From NCBI GenBank assembly GCA_034437715.1, contig DAOTTR010000524.1:8987-72986 (forward strand): DNA of 64,000 nucleotides, read 5' to 3'. How positions within the stretch are numbered: position 1 is the first letter of the stretch; every line of letters begins with the position of its first letter. Positions 37,736 through 47,190 of the stretch are shown here, one piece after another. The notes under the pieces were generated by a model that saw only the letters and a program-made list of their open reading frames with translations, was not told where the DNA came from and searched no databases. Origin of the DNA: Caldilineaceae bacterium (GTDB lineage Bacteria; Chloroflexota; Anaerolineae; Caldilineales; Caldilineaceae). The position numbers were made by a program, and so were the translations under genes.

Positions 37736-38674
37736 ATGCAAGCCGTCAAACGTAATGCATCCACCCCCTGGAGAAGCAATGCCTGGTTTGGCTGGACATT
37801 GGCCATCCTCGCCTCATTTTCGTTTAGTTTTGCCCCGCCCATTGCGCGTGGTGTGATCCTCGCGGGGATGGATTCCACCACGGTGCTCGTGTTGCGGCTC
37901 TGTCTGGCTACGCTCTTTTTTGGCTTGACGATTCTCTTGATGAATCCGCAGCTTTTTAAGGTTTCGCGCCAGACGTTGTTGGTCACGAGCTTTGCCGGTG
38001 CGACCAATGGGTTTGGCATGTTGTTCTTTTTCTGGGCGCTCGAAGTGGTGGATGCCTCGATTTCCTCCATGATCATTTCCCTGATTCCGCTGGTGGTCTT
38101 GTCGCTATTGGCGCTGCGCGGCGAGCGTTTCACCTATCGCCACCTGATCCGGTTGGGCTTGGGCTTGGGCGGCGTCTACTTGTTGATCGGGCCCGGTGGC
38201 TCGGTCGATCCACATGGCATCTTGCTGTTGGTGATCTCGATCTTCTGCTTTTCCTGTCATATTGTCATGTTGCAGTGGTATCTAAAAGGTCAGGATTTTC
38301 GCACCATCTCCTTTTACATTTCGGTGGGCATGACCACCGTCGTCACGCTTTATTGGGCAATCCGCGGTGTTGCGTGGCAAACACCGGGCGTGCAAAGTTG
38401 GCTGCTGGTTTTTGCCCTAGCCTTTCTGAGCACCTTTCTGGCCCGTCTCTTTTTTGTCGCTGCTGTGGATCGCATTGGCGGTGGACAAATGACCTTGCTC
38501 ACGCCCATGGAGACACTGCTGACGGTCTTTTGGTCTTTGATCTTCCTGCACGAACGCTTCTCGCCCCTGCAATGGGTGGGCGGCGCGCTAGTGCTGTCAA
38601 GCGCGCTCATGGCCATTCAGCGGCTCAACCTAGCCAAATGGCGACCGCGCTGGCGCAACTGGGCGCGGGTATAA
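37736..38674 (+). CDS. DMT superfamily (EamA-like) transporter
   Basis: About 10 TM segments arranged as two EamA-like halves. Confidence 0.8.
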   Translation: MQAVKRNASTPWRSNAWFGWTLAILASFSFSFAPPIARGVILAGMDSTTVLVLRLCLATLFFGLTILLMNPQLFKVSRQTLLVTSFAGATNGFGMLFFFWALEVVDASISSMIISLIPLVVLSLLALRGERFTYRHLIRLGLGLGGVYLLIGPGGSVDPHGILLLVISIFCFSCHIVMLQWYLKGQDFRTISFYISVGMTTVVTLYWAIRGVAWQTPGVQSWLLVFALAFLSTFLARLFFVAAVDRIGGGQMTLLTPMETLLTVFWSLIFLHERFSPLQWVGGALVLSSALMAIQRLNLAKWRPRWRNWARV

Positions 38675-38756
38675 GCGCCGATCTGGGGTTGTCTTACCCA
38701 TGCAGACTGACTATAATAAAACGGATACAAAAGGAGATAGACGATTTCTGAGCTGA

Positions 38757-38858
38757 CTAGTAGATCCCGGCGTAAATAAGGCACCCTACTTTTACGCTGA
38801 TGTACACGGGTAAACGTGCCTTATTGACTGCCGTGGTATCTACGCCCAACTGTACTAG
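38757..38858 (+). mobile_element. MITE-like element, family B, copy 3
   Basis: 102 bp, roughly 90% identical to copy 2. Confidence 0.8.
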
Positions 38859-38862
38859 GGCA

Positions 38863-39071
38863 ATGCTTGTCCATTCAAGGGTGATCGCTAAAGGAAATCG
38901 AATTCGTGAACTCAATCGCCTGATCGAAAGTTATGGGGGCACAAAGTCTGGCTAGGTGAAAAAAGCAGTCCCCGTTTGGAAATTGATCATGTTCAGTACG
39001 AGTATCACTGGTACGAACATCATGGCATTGGACGTTTTGAATTGAAACGGGAACAGGTGACTCCAAAATGA
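38863..39071 (+). pseudogene. frameshifted remnant of a small gene (possible toxin-like C-terminal domain)
   Basis: Frame 1 reads MLVHSRVIAKGNRIRELNRLIESYGGTKSG then a stop. An overlapping frame continues LGEKSSPRLEIDHVQYEYHWYEHHGIGRFELKREQVTPK. Its TGA overlaps the next ATG as ATGA. Confidence 0.3.
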
Positions 39072-39403
39072 TTGTAAAATTGCGCGATCGAAATCCCAAT
39101 TACCCCGATTTAACCCCACGACAGCCCTATGCTGTGATTGGAATTGAAGCTGACGATTATCGCCTCTTGAATGATCAGGGCCGACCTTTCCTCTACCCCA
39201 GTGATCAACTTGAACTGATTGATGCGCGCGAACCGCGCGACTGGGTAACTGAGTATGGTGCTGATGGTGAGCGATATGCCTATCCTCCCGCTCTAAACGA
39301 ACCGGGATTTTTTGAGGATTTCTTTGACGATCAGGTTTCCGCAGTTGCCACCTTTTGGCATGTTATTAATCAAGCGTTGACAGCAATGCCAGCGACTGTC
39401 TAA
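39068..39403 (+). CDS. hypothetical acidic protein (111 aa), possible immunity-type partner
   Basis: ATG ORF translationally coupled to the upstream remnant. No recognised family. Confidence 0.5.
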   Translation: MIVKLRDRNPNYPDLTPRQPYAVIGIEADDYRLLNDQGRPFLYPSDQLELIDAREPRDWVTEYGADGERYAYPPALNEPGFFEDFFDDQVSAVATFWHVINQALTAMPATV

Positions 39404-39405
39404 CC

Positions 39406-40209
39406 ATGGATGAACTTGCCCGCTACAACCAAGCGCGTTGGGATGAACTGGCGCGCGCGCGCTTAGAATTTACGCTGCCACTCTTGGATTTGACGCCCGC
39501 CAGTGCGCGCCAACGGATTGATCCGGAAAATATGTTTGGCGCGTTGGCGGGCAAACAAGTGCTCTGCTTGGCGACCGGCGGCGGGCAACAATCGGCCATG
39601 TTCGGCTTGCTGGGCGCGGCAGTCACGGTCTTGGATTTATCGGCGACCCAGTTGCAACGCGATGCAGAAGCTGCCACCCATTACGGATACCCTGTGCGCA
39701 CCTTCCAGGGCGATATGCGCGACCTATCGATGTTTGCCGACGCTCGCTTTGATCTGGTCTACCAAGCTTATTCGATCAACTTTGTGCCCGCGGTGCAATC
39801 TGTTTTTCGTGAAGTAGCGCGCGTGTTGCGCATGGGGGGGCTCTATCAACTGCAATGGGCCAATCCCTTTACGCAAAGTGTCGATGATCAGGCATGGGAT
39901 GGCGAAACCTATCTGCTTCATCATCCCTATATTGACGGCTTTGAAACATCGACATACTATCCCACCTGGGATATTGAAGACGCCGATGGCAGTTGGCAGC
40001 AGATTCCTAGCCCGCGCGAATTTCGCCATACCTTGGGCACGGTGGTCAATGAATTGGTGGCCAATCGTTTTGTGATTACACGGCTACGCGAGGCCACGAG
40101 CACCGCGCCGAATCCAGCGCCGGGCACTTGGGAACATTATCAATCGGTCGCGCCCCCCTATCTCACCATTTGGTCGCGGCTGCGACCAGATATTTTACTG
40201 CAACCATAA
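39406..40209 (+). CDS. class I SAM-dependent methyltransferase
   Basis: Motif I region VLCLATGGGQQSAMF, followed by VLDLS. Confidence 0.8.
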   Translation: MDELARYNQARWDELARARLEFTLPLLDLTPASARQRIDPENMFGALAGKQVLCLATGGGQQSAMFGLLGAAVTVLDLSATQLQRDAEAATHYGYPVRTFQGDMRDLSMFADARFDLVYQAYSINFVPAVQSVFREVARVLRMGGLYQLQWANPFTQSVDDQAWDGETYLLHHPYIDGFETSTYYPTWDIEDADGSWQQIPSPREFRHTLGTVVNELVANRFVITRLREATSTAPNPAPGTWEHYQSVAPPYLTIWSRLRPDILLQP

Positions 40210-40243
40210 ACCTATCACCTTGATCGGAAAGTTTGTTACGACG

Positions 40244-41551
40244 ATGACGAACCGTGCTGAAACGCTCTATGAAACCGCCCAGCAACTGTTGCCTGGCGGG
40301 GTGACTGCTTCTTTTCGTGTGAATCGCGCCATCGGACGGCCCTTTTATGTGGCGTGCGGCGATGGGCCGTACGTCTATGATCTCGACGGCCAGCAATTTG
40401 TCGATATGTGTACCTCGCATGGCGCGTCGCTGTTGGGCCACAACCATCCCCAACTCAAGGCGGCGGTGGCCCAAGCGCTCGATTTGGGCATCATCTGCTC
40501 CTATGAAAGTGAACATCATACCGCGCTGGCGCAACAGGTGTGTAAGATGGTGCCCTGCGCGGAAATGGTACGCTTTGCTGGCTCGGGCACAGAGACGGTG
40601 ATGCACGCGCTGCGGCTGGCGCGCACCGTCACCAGGCGTGAGCGCATCATCAAGTTCGAGGGGCACTTTCATGGCTACAGTGACGCGCTCAACTACAGCG
40701 TGTCGCCGCCGCTGACCGAGGCCGGTCCGGTGGACGCGCCCCATGCCTATCCCGAATCGGGCGGAATGCCCGCACACAACAGTGAACAAATCATTGTGGT
40801 GCCCTTCAACGATGTACCGGCGCTAGAGACAGCCTTTGCCTTGTACGGCAGAGAAGTGGCGGCGCTGATCATGGAGCCGATCAACTATGACCAGGGCTGT
40901 ATTCTGCCAGAGCCAGGTTTTGCCCAGCGCTGCCGCGAGCTGTGCGACGCGCATGGCGTGCTGCTCTTTTTTGATGAAGTCTTGACCGCCTTTCGTATGG
41001 CCCCCGGCGGCGCACAACAATATCTGGGCGTGACGCCCGATCTCTGTGTGTTGGGCAAGGCTTTTGGCGCGGGGATGCCGATCAGCGCGTTGGCGGGTAC
41101 GCGCGCCGTGATGCAGGGGTTGAAACCGCTGGGCACCAGCGAAATGAGTGGCACCTTTTTGGCCCATCTCACGGGTGTACTGGCTGCATCCGCTGCCCTG
41201 ACCGAATATCGCACGCCCGGTTTCTATGAACGGATGGATGCGGTGGGCGAACATTTCTATTCGGGCTTCCAAGCGTTGATTGATCAGAGTGGTGTCCCGC
41301 TTCGCCTGCAACACCTGGGGCCGCGTTTTGGCCTTTATTTTGGTGTGCAGGAGCCGGTGACCAACTATCGCCAAGCTGCCCAGAAAAATCGCGCCATGGA
41401 ATTGACCTTTATCAAAGGGTGCATTGCGCGTGGGGTCTACTTCCATCCGTCGCCCCACCATGGCTTTTCGGCGGCCCATACCGAAGCCGATATGGATCGC
41501 GTGTTGACCGCCGTGGAAGGTGCATTGGCCGAGGTGAAGCGCGAGTTTTAA
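40244..41551 (+). CDS. class III (PLP-dependent) aminotransferase, glutamate-1-semialdehyde aminomutase-like
   Basis: LLPGGV N-terminus, FDEVLTAFR, and the PLP Lys in LGKAFGAGMP. Confidence 0.85.
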   Translation: MTNRAETLYETAQQLLPGGVTASFRVNRAIGRPFYVACGDGPYVYDLDGQQFVDMCTSHGASLLGHNHPQLKAAVAQALDLGIICSYESEHHTALAQQVCKMVPCAEMVRFAGSGTETVMHALRLARTVTRRERIIKFEGHFHGYSDALNYSVSPPLTEAGPVDAPHAYPESGGMPAHNSEQIIVVPFNDVPALETAFALYGREVAALIMEPINYDQGCILPEPGFAQRCRELCDAHGVLLFFDEVLTAFRMAPGGAQQYLGVTPDLCVLGKAFGAGMPISALAGTRAVMQGLKPLGTSEMSGTFLAHLTGVLAASAALTEYRTPGFYERMDAVGEHFYSGFQALIDQSGVPLRLQHLGPRFGLYFGVQEPVTNYRQAAQKNRAMELTFIKGCIARGVYFHPSPHHGFSAAHTEADMDRVLTAVEGALAEVKREF

Positions 41552-41616
41552 GGCAATTGAGTTACGAAGCAATACAAAGGAAGACGAATAATCAATAGCC
41601 AATGGCTAACGGCTAA

Positions 41617-41754
41617 GGCGCTTGCAAAGAAATAAGTATCCAGCGCTTGCCAAACAAAATCATGCGTAGGGGCGGCCTTGCAGCCGCCCCGCGTTTGGCT
41701 CGCTGAGAATGGGCGGCTGCAAGCCGCCCCTACTGGATACTTTATTCTTTGCAA
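41617..41754 (+). mobile_element. MITE-like element, family D, copy 1
   Basis: Perfect 22-bp terminal inverted repeats TTGCAAAGAAATAAGTATCCAG / CTGGATACTTTATTCTTTGCAA. Internal GGGGCGGC...GCCGCCCC hairpins. Confidence 0.8.
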
Positions 41755-41764
41755 TGGCCTAATG

Positions 41765-41948
41765 GTCTGTCCAAGAATAACATGGATGATTTTAGACAGA
41801 TTTACTTGGGTAACATCACGTAAATTCACTATTTTATTTCTGGACATACCCTAAGTGTCTGTCCAAGAATAACATAGATGATTTTAGACAGATTTACTCG
41901 GGTAACATCACATAAATTAGCTACTTTATTTCTGGACAGACCCTAAGG
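41765..41948 (+). repeat. 2 x 92-bp tandem repeat (family E), each unit with inverted termini
   Basis: The units at 41765-41856 and 41857-41948 are about 90% identical. Termini are GTCTGTCCAAGAATAA / TTATTTCTGGACAGAC. Confidence 0.8.
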
Positions 41949-41994
41949 ACAATGATAAATGATAAAGGACAAAGCACCAATGACAAAGGAGACC

Positions 41995-43023
41995 ATGCAA
42001 GCGGGCATCTTTACCGGCATCGGCCAAATCGGCATTCAGCAAGTGGCACAGCAGCCACCACCGCCGGGCTATGTCAACGTGGCTGTGAAACAATCGGGCA
42101 TCTGTGGCAGCGATCTGCACAGCTACTTCGGCCATTGGAATCAGTCGCACACGGTGGCGCACGGCCACGAAACCTGTGGTGTTGTCACGCAAGTCGGTGA
42201 CGGTGTGACTGATTTTGCGCCGAGCGACCGCGTGGTGATCGAATGTTTTTCCCACTGTGGCGACTGTATCTACTGCCGCACGGGACAATACAATCATTGC
42301 TTGGCGCGCAAGGGCGTCTCGCATGAGTTGCACGGCGGTTTTGCCGAAACTACCACGGCGCACGCTTCGGGTCTTTTTAAGATTCCTGACAGCATGCGTG
42401 ATGAGGAAGGTGCGTTGGTCGAGCCGCTGGCGGTGGGTGTGCGTGCATTGGCGCAAGCCCGCGCCACCCATCAGGATCGCGTGGCGGTGATTGGGGGCGG
42501 CACGATTGGGTTGCTCTGTCTGGCCGTGGCCAAGGCAAATGGCGTCAAGGAGACGCTGATCACGGTCAAATATCCACAGCAGGCGGCCATGGCGCGGGCG
42601 TTGGGAGCCAATCATGTGGTGGAGACGACCCAGCATGATGTCAAGGATGTAGTTAAGGAACTTACCGACGGGTTGGGCATGGACGCGGTGATCGAGACGG
42701 TGGGTGGTGCCGAACATTTCAATGATGCACTGGCAATTACACGCCAGCGTGGGACATTGGTGTTGGTTGCTGGTTATCACAAGCCGCTCGAAATCGATCT
42801 GAGCCGGATTGTCTGGTCTGAAGTGCTGGTCACGGGGTCGAACTGTTATGGCTACAGTGGCATGCACACGGATTTCCAGGCCGCCATCGATCTGATCGCC
42901 ACGGGCAAAGTTGATGTCACGCAAATTGTCACCCATCGCTTTCCGTTGGCTGAGATTGCCCATGCCTTTACCATCGCCGCCGACAAAAGCTCGGGCGCGG
43001 TCAAGGTGCATCTGACGCCGTGA
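41995..43023 (+). CDS. zinc-dependent alcohol/polyol dehydrogenase (MDR family)
   Basis: GICGSDLH, GHETCGVV, structural Zn Cys cluster (CGDCIYCRTGQYNHC), GGGTIGLL. SD AAGGAG lies before ATG 41995. Confidence 0.85.
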   Translation: MQAGIFTGIGQIGIQQVAQQPPPPGYVNVAVKQSGICGSDLHSYFGHWNQSHTVAHGHETCGVVTQVGDGVTDFAPSDRVVIECFSHCGDCIYCRTGQYNHCLARKGVSHELHGGFAETTTAHASGLFKIPDSMRDEEGALVEPLAVGVRALAQARATHQDRVAVIGGGTIGLLCLAVAKANGVKETLITVKYPQQAAMARALGANHVVETTQHDVKDVVKELTDGLGMDAVIETVGGAEHFNDALAITRQRGTLVLVAGYHKPLEIDLSRIVWSEVLVTGSNCYGYSGMHTDFQAAIDLIATGKVDVTQIVTHRFPLAEIAHAFTIAADKSSGAVKVHLTP

Positions 43024-43025
43024 CT

Positions 43026-43062
43026 ATCCACGGCGGGCGTCCTTTGGGCACCCGCCGTGGAT
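43026..43062. terminator. hairpin between convergent genes
   Basis: 12-bp perfect stem ATCCACGGCGGG/CCCGCCGTGGAT. Confidence 0.55.
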
Positions 43063-43092
43063 GGCAACTCACTCACTTCGTGCATAGGTTGA

Positions 43093-44145
43093 TCATGTTG
43101 CTTGTTGTTGCAAGTACGCCTCTACCTGTGTCCGCTCTACCTGCCAATAACATTCAGCCATAAAAGGTTTGAAACCCAATTCGTGATTGATCTTCAGCAT
43201 GGCCACATTCGAGTCGGCGTTGCCTGTGCGGACGACGGTCACTTGGGGCAGTTCCCGCAAAACCTTTTCCAGCATAGCCGCTTTGAGCCAACGTCCCAAC
43301 CCCAAGTTGCGATAGTCGGGAAAGATGCCAGTATCACCCTGGAACAAAAGGTGAGGACGATCCGCATGCCAAAAGACAACGGTGAACCCAGCAATGCGTC
43401 CAGTTGCCTCGTCGCGCGCGTAGAGGGTCCAGCGTTGCGTGCCGGTGGCGATCAGATTTTGATCCCATTCAACCAATTGCGCCGGTGTCATGTGAAAGTC
43501 TTCTATATCTGGTTCACCCCGTGGCGCTGTATTCATGACATCATAGAGATGAGCAATTTCGGTCAGTTCTTCGGTTGGATAGAACCCATCCCACAGCCCA
43601 AGCGTGAAACCGTTGGCGCGTTCCCGGGCGCGCTGTTGCCATTCGGCCAATAAGGTGTGATTGAGTTCGGCGATCAGGAGTTGATTGGTGTGCCCCTCAA
43701 TGCCTTTACGCGCACCGATGCGTTCCATAAAAATTGCCCCGGCCGGCACGCGATCGGTCGTGCCGCCCGGCAGCAAACGTCGGTCGTTGCGCAGCGCAAC
43801 CGCCACCATAGAAGCCAGCAAACGTTTGCCCAATCCCTGTTGGCGATAAGCGGGGTGGATATCCAAATCAAATTGCAACAGATGCTGATTCGAGTCACTC
43901 TTCTGCATAATGGCAAAGGCCTTGCCGACAATCATGCCCTTATCATTCCAGGCAAGCCAGGGCTCGATCACGAAAGAATCAGGTTTGCTGCGCCACCATT
44001 GGATACATTCGGCATCGGAAACGGTTGGATCTTCGGGCACGCGTTCGTGCCGGAGCGCATTTTCATACACGTTGAGTAGGCGCAGCTCATCATCGCTGGC
44101 TTGCTGTGGCGCAAAGGGGCGGATTTCAATTGTTGGGGACGACAT
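43093..44145 (-). CDS. tandem-GNAT N-acetyltransferase
   Basis: Two acetyl-CoA-binding motifs (RQQGLGKRLL and RNLGLGRWLK) in a 350-aa protein. Confidence 0.75.
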   Translation of the reverse strand: MSSPTIEIRPFAPQQASDDELRLLNVYENALRHERVPEDPTVSDAECIQWWRSKPDSFVIEPWLAWNDKGMIVGKAFAIMQKSDSNQHLLQFDLDIHPAYRQQGLGKRLLASMVAVALRNDRRLLPGGTTDRVPAGAIFMERIGARKGIEGHTNQLLIAELNHTLLAEWQQRARERANGFTLGLWDGFYPTEELTEIAHLYDVMNTAPRGEPDIEDFHMTPAQLVEWDQNLIATGTQRWTLYARDEATGRIAGFTVVFWHADRPHLLFQGDTGIFPDYRNLGLGRWLKAAMLEKVLRELPQVTVVRTGNADSNVAMLKINHELGFKPFMAECYWQVERTQVEAYLQQQAT

Positions 44146-44217
44146 ACTGATCTCCTTTGGGATAGATTATGCTGTGGCGTATCAGACGGACGTTTCCATT
44201 TGACAGGCCACAGTGAT

Positions 44218-44433
44218 TCACTGGATACGCTGATAACGATAGCCACCCTCTTTGATAAAGGTCTGGAAATAATAGCCGTGCGATGCCATGCTCATCAACC
44301 CGGTGTAGACATAAGCTGGCACGGCGAAGTAGTGGTAAATTGAGCCGTCATGAAATTCGATTTCCAGAATTTGTTGCGGACTAGCATAGCCGACCGCCAC
44401 CAGGCTGGCGGAGACGACTGGGGTGCGGATCAT
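44218..44433 (-). CDS. KTSC domain protein
   Basis: 71 aa. LEIEFHDGSIYHYFAVPAYVYTGLMSMASHGYYF matches the KTSC pattern. Confidence 0.65.
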   Translation of the reverse strand: MIRTPVVSASLVAVGYASPQQILEIEFHDGSIYHYFAVPAYVYTGLMSMASHGYYFQTFIKEGGYRYQRIQ

Positions 44434-44440
44434 GCAAACT

Positions 44441-45517
44441 TTACTCCTTTTCGATCAGGGTCAACGCGGCTTTCATCCAACCCAACGCATAGGCCATGCC
44501 AGCGTGCCAAGGCGCGGCGCATTCGAGCAACGGCGTGTGATCGGGAATGAGCACGCCATCAAAGCCATTTCTGTGCAGAATGCGCAACACTTCGATCATG
44601 TCGGTGTCGCCGTCATCGACAAACATCTCGTGGTAGTTGGGCACTTTGCCATGTACGTTGCGCAAATGGACATAGGCCAGCTTGCCAGCGCGGCTGTAAC
44701 GATCAACGGTGGCGTAGACATCGGTATGCTGCATCTCGGAAATCGTACCCACACAGAACTCCACTGTATTGGCCGCGCTGGGCTTGAGATCCAGCACCTT
44801 CTGGAAATGATCGCCCTGATAGACCAGGCGCGCCGTGTCGCGTAGCGTGGGCAGCGGCGGATCGTCGGGGTGGAAGGCCAACCTAACGCCAGCTTCTTCG
44901 GCGACGGGAATCATCTCCTCTAGAAAGCCCTGTAGCCGCCGCCAAATTTCGGGCGCAGCCACCGGCGTGACAACGTCATCCGGCGCGGCCGCGTTGAAAC
45001 GTGCCACATCATAGACCATATTCCAGACCATGCCGCCGGGAATCGGGGCTTGGGTAGGATTTTTGAAGCCAACCGATTTGGCATCGCCGCGTGCATAGGG
45101 ACCTTCACTGCGCCCCCAAACGCCAGCCAACGTGAAACAGTAGCCCATCGTCGGGATGCCCACGCGCCCTAGATCGCGGATAATGGTTTTGAGGTGCGCC
45201 AGCTGAGCTGCGCGTTGCGGGCCGTCCAGCAGCACATCGTACCAGTGGGCGGGGGCAAAGTTTTCCAGCGCCTCCAGTTCCAACCCTTCGGCGTTGACCA
45301 TTGCCTTGAGATCGCGCAAGCCAGCGTATGTCCAAATCGCATCGTCGCCCTCCGAAATGCCGAAGCCGGCGTTAGCATTGTCCGAGGTGATGATCTTGTC
45401 GCCGCGCGTAAAATGGCCCGGCAAGTGGGCGACAATGTGGGTGCAGCCCGCCTGTTTGGCAAAACGCAAATTGTCAGGCGTCAATAGCGCCCGATAGAGG
45501 CCGAGGCCGAGTTTCAT
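44441..45517 (-). CDS. uxuA: mannonate dehydratase (UxuA) family, TIM-barrel
   Basis: VHLRNVHGKVPNYHEMFVDDGDTDMIEVLRILHRNGFDGVLIPDH matches the UxuA signature region. Confidence 0.75.
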   Translation of the reverse strand: MKLGLGLYRALLTPDNLRFAKQAGCTHIVAHLPGHFTRGDKIITSDNANAGFGISEGDDAIWTYAGLRDLKAMVNAEGLELEALENFAPAHWYDVLLDGPQRAAQLAHLKTIIRDLGRVGIPTMGYCFTLAGVWGRSEGPYARGDAKSVGFKNPTQAPIPGGMVWNMVYDVARFNAAAPDDVVTPVAAPEIWRRLQGFLEEMIPVAEEAGVRLAFHPDDPPLPTLRDTARLVYQGDHFQKVLDLKPSAANTVEFCVGTISEMQHTDVYATVDRYSRAGKLAYVHLRNVHGKVPNYHEMFVDDGDTDMIEVLRILHRNGFDGVLIPDHTPLLECAAPWHAGMAYALGWMKAALTLIEKE

Positions 45518-45594
45518 AGAGGTGTCTCCTTGGTGAGAGGATATAGTCGATTGGTCGGTTGGTCGGTTGGTCTTTGGCTAATGACAAGGCTATA

Positions 45595-46596
45595 TCATAG
45601 CTGAATCGGAAAAGCCTCGGCGATCGCCACCGGTTTGTCTTGGGCAATTGAATATTTAAGGGCGGCTTCAAATTGCAATTCTTGCAGGCCGGCCAAGCCG
45701 GGCACGGGTGGTGGTGTGCCGGCACGCACGGTGTCGAGATAGGCGTTGATCGCCTTGCCAAACGAGGCGCGGTATTGATCCCAGCGCGAAACATTGCGGC
45801 TAAGCGCGTGGGTGGTGTGGCGCTCACTGGCATAATTGATCAACTCCAGATCGCCATCCAGGTCGCGCATGGTAATGCGTCCCCGTTCAAACGCGAGATT
45901 CAATTCGTAGAGCGGCAGCTTGAAATCAATGCTACAGGTGCCAATGATCGTGCCCGTGGCACCATTTTCCATGCGCAGCGCGGCGGTGACATCGCGCACA
46001 TTGTCGCTGCCCATGCACGGGCGCGCCTCGGGTGCGGCCAGCGCCGTGATTGTGCTGACGGGCCCCATAAAGGCCAACATGAGGTCGATACAGTGGCTCC
46101 AACAGGCATAATGAACCAGGCCGGTAAAGTGGACAGGACGGCCCAAGTTATGCGCGGCAATCAGTTCGCGCGCTTTGATCGTCTGTGCGAAGAAGCGATA
46201 GTTAAAGACCATGGCCGTCTCCACCTTGGCGGCGTGGGCGCGGCTGAGGAGCGTGTGGGCTTTGTGAAAGTCTTCTTCGGTCACATTGGCCTGTCCTTGT
46301 TGCGCCACCAGGGGCTTCTCAAAAAAGATGCGGCGTGGCTGCAAGTCCAACAGATCGCTGACTACGGCATAGCGATCTGTTTCGCGGGTCAATACCAGCA
46401 CCGTATCAGGATCATTGGCCATGAGCTCGGCCAGTGAATCGGCGACGGTGCCGCCAAATTTTTCGGCCACGGCTTGCGCTTTGTCACGGCTGCGGTTGTA
46501 ATAGCTGAGGGTTACATCCTTATTCTGCACGAGATAGGGCAGATAGTTCTGCGCGGCAACATTGCCGGTGCCAACAATGGCAACTTTGAGTGGCAT
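45595..46596 (-). CDS. Gfo/Idh/MocA family oxidoreductase
   Basis: N-terminal Rossmann motif VAIVGTGNVAAQNYLP and an EKP motif (FFEKPL). Confidence 0.85.
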   Translation of the reverse strand: MPLKVAIVGTGNVAAQNYLPYLVQNKDVTLSYYNRSRDKAQAVAEKFGGTVADSLAELMANDPDTVLVLTRETDRYAVVSDLLDLQPRRIFFEKPLVAQQGQANVTEEDFHKAHTLLSRAHAAKVETAMVFNYRFFAQTIKARELIAAHNLGRPVHFTGLVHYACWSHCIDLMLAFMGPVSTITALAAPEARPCMGSDNVRDVTAALRMENGATGTIIGTCSIDFKLPLYELNLAFERGRITMRDLDGDLELINYASERHTTHALSRNVSRWDQYRASFGKAINAYLDTVRAGTPPPVPGLAGLQELQFEAALKYSIAQDKPVAIAEAFPIQL

Positions 46597-46658
46597 GGGG
46601 CTGACTCCTCACGATAACGCAATCGCGCATAGATGATCATGCATGATTAGGGACATTT

Positions 46659-46753
46659 CAAAGAATCAAGTATCCAGTAGGGGCGGCGGCAAGGCCGCCC
46701 CTACGCATGATTTTGTTTGGCAAGCGCTGGATCCTTATTTCTTTGCAAGCGCC
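46659..46753 (-). mobile_element. MITE-like element, family D, copy 2 (short form, inverted)
   Basis: Its reverse complement matches 41617..41754 except that one internal hairpin module is missing. Confidence 0.8.
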
Positions 46754-47010
46754 TAGGGTAAATGCTTGTAAATTTTTATCATCTATGGCGTTGCTCACTA
46801 CAAATGTGAAAACAGGGATAGTTGTCCTCTATTGTACCACATGTCGGGCGGGCAAGGGTTGCGCGGCACATGCTTGCGGTTAGTCACATGACCCTTTCTG
46901 TATCTTAATCTTGTACCGTAGCCTATGGCAATCTTGCCTAGTAGCCGATAGACTGGCCGCAGAGACCCTACGCACGTACGCTGGTGTGTCCAATCACCTT
47001 TCTAGTACGC

Positions 47011-47127
47011 CAACGTTAAATTGCATCACCTGCTGCTCTGCATGAATTCAGAGCCTGGGATAGCAAACGTGTTTAAACACCTTTGCCGTCGCAAGTGTTG
47101 AATGAATTCAACACGAATTTAACCTTG
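47011..47127 (+). mobile_element. MITE-like element, family C, copy 2 (intact)
   Basis: 117 bp. Termini CAACGTTAAATT / AATTTAACCTTG. Internal palindromes GTGTTGAATGAATTCAACAC and AACGTGTTTAAACAC. Confidence 0.8.
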
Positions 47128-47190
47128 TCGTAATCGTAACTTATCGATAATCATCTGTACTGAGCGGTGTTTGGTACAGAAAGGAGCAGT

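Noticed and set aside
37657-38133. 158-aa minus-strand ORF
   Set aside because: It is antisense to the 5' part of the DMT transporter gene, which has clear multi-TM periodicity.
40163-41602. Minus-strand ORFs 40163..40789 and 40823..41602
   Set aside because: They are antisense to the class III aminotransferase and have a His/Arg-rich nonsense composition.
41765-41948. CRISPR array
   Set aside because: There are only two 92-bp units in direct tandem, with no spacers. There are no cas genes in the window.
41926-43011. 361-aa minus-strand ORF
   Set aside because: It is the mirror frame of the Zn-dependent dehydrogenase, which has clear MDR motifs. Its 3' end also runs into the tandem repeats.
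46754-47010. Possible ncRNA in the ORF-free gap between MITE D2 and MITE C2
   Set aside because: I could identify no promoter/terminator pair, conserved RNA motif or strong structure. It remains unexplained.
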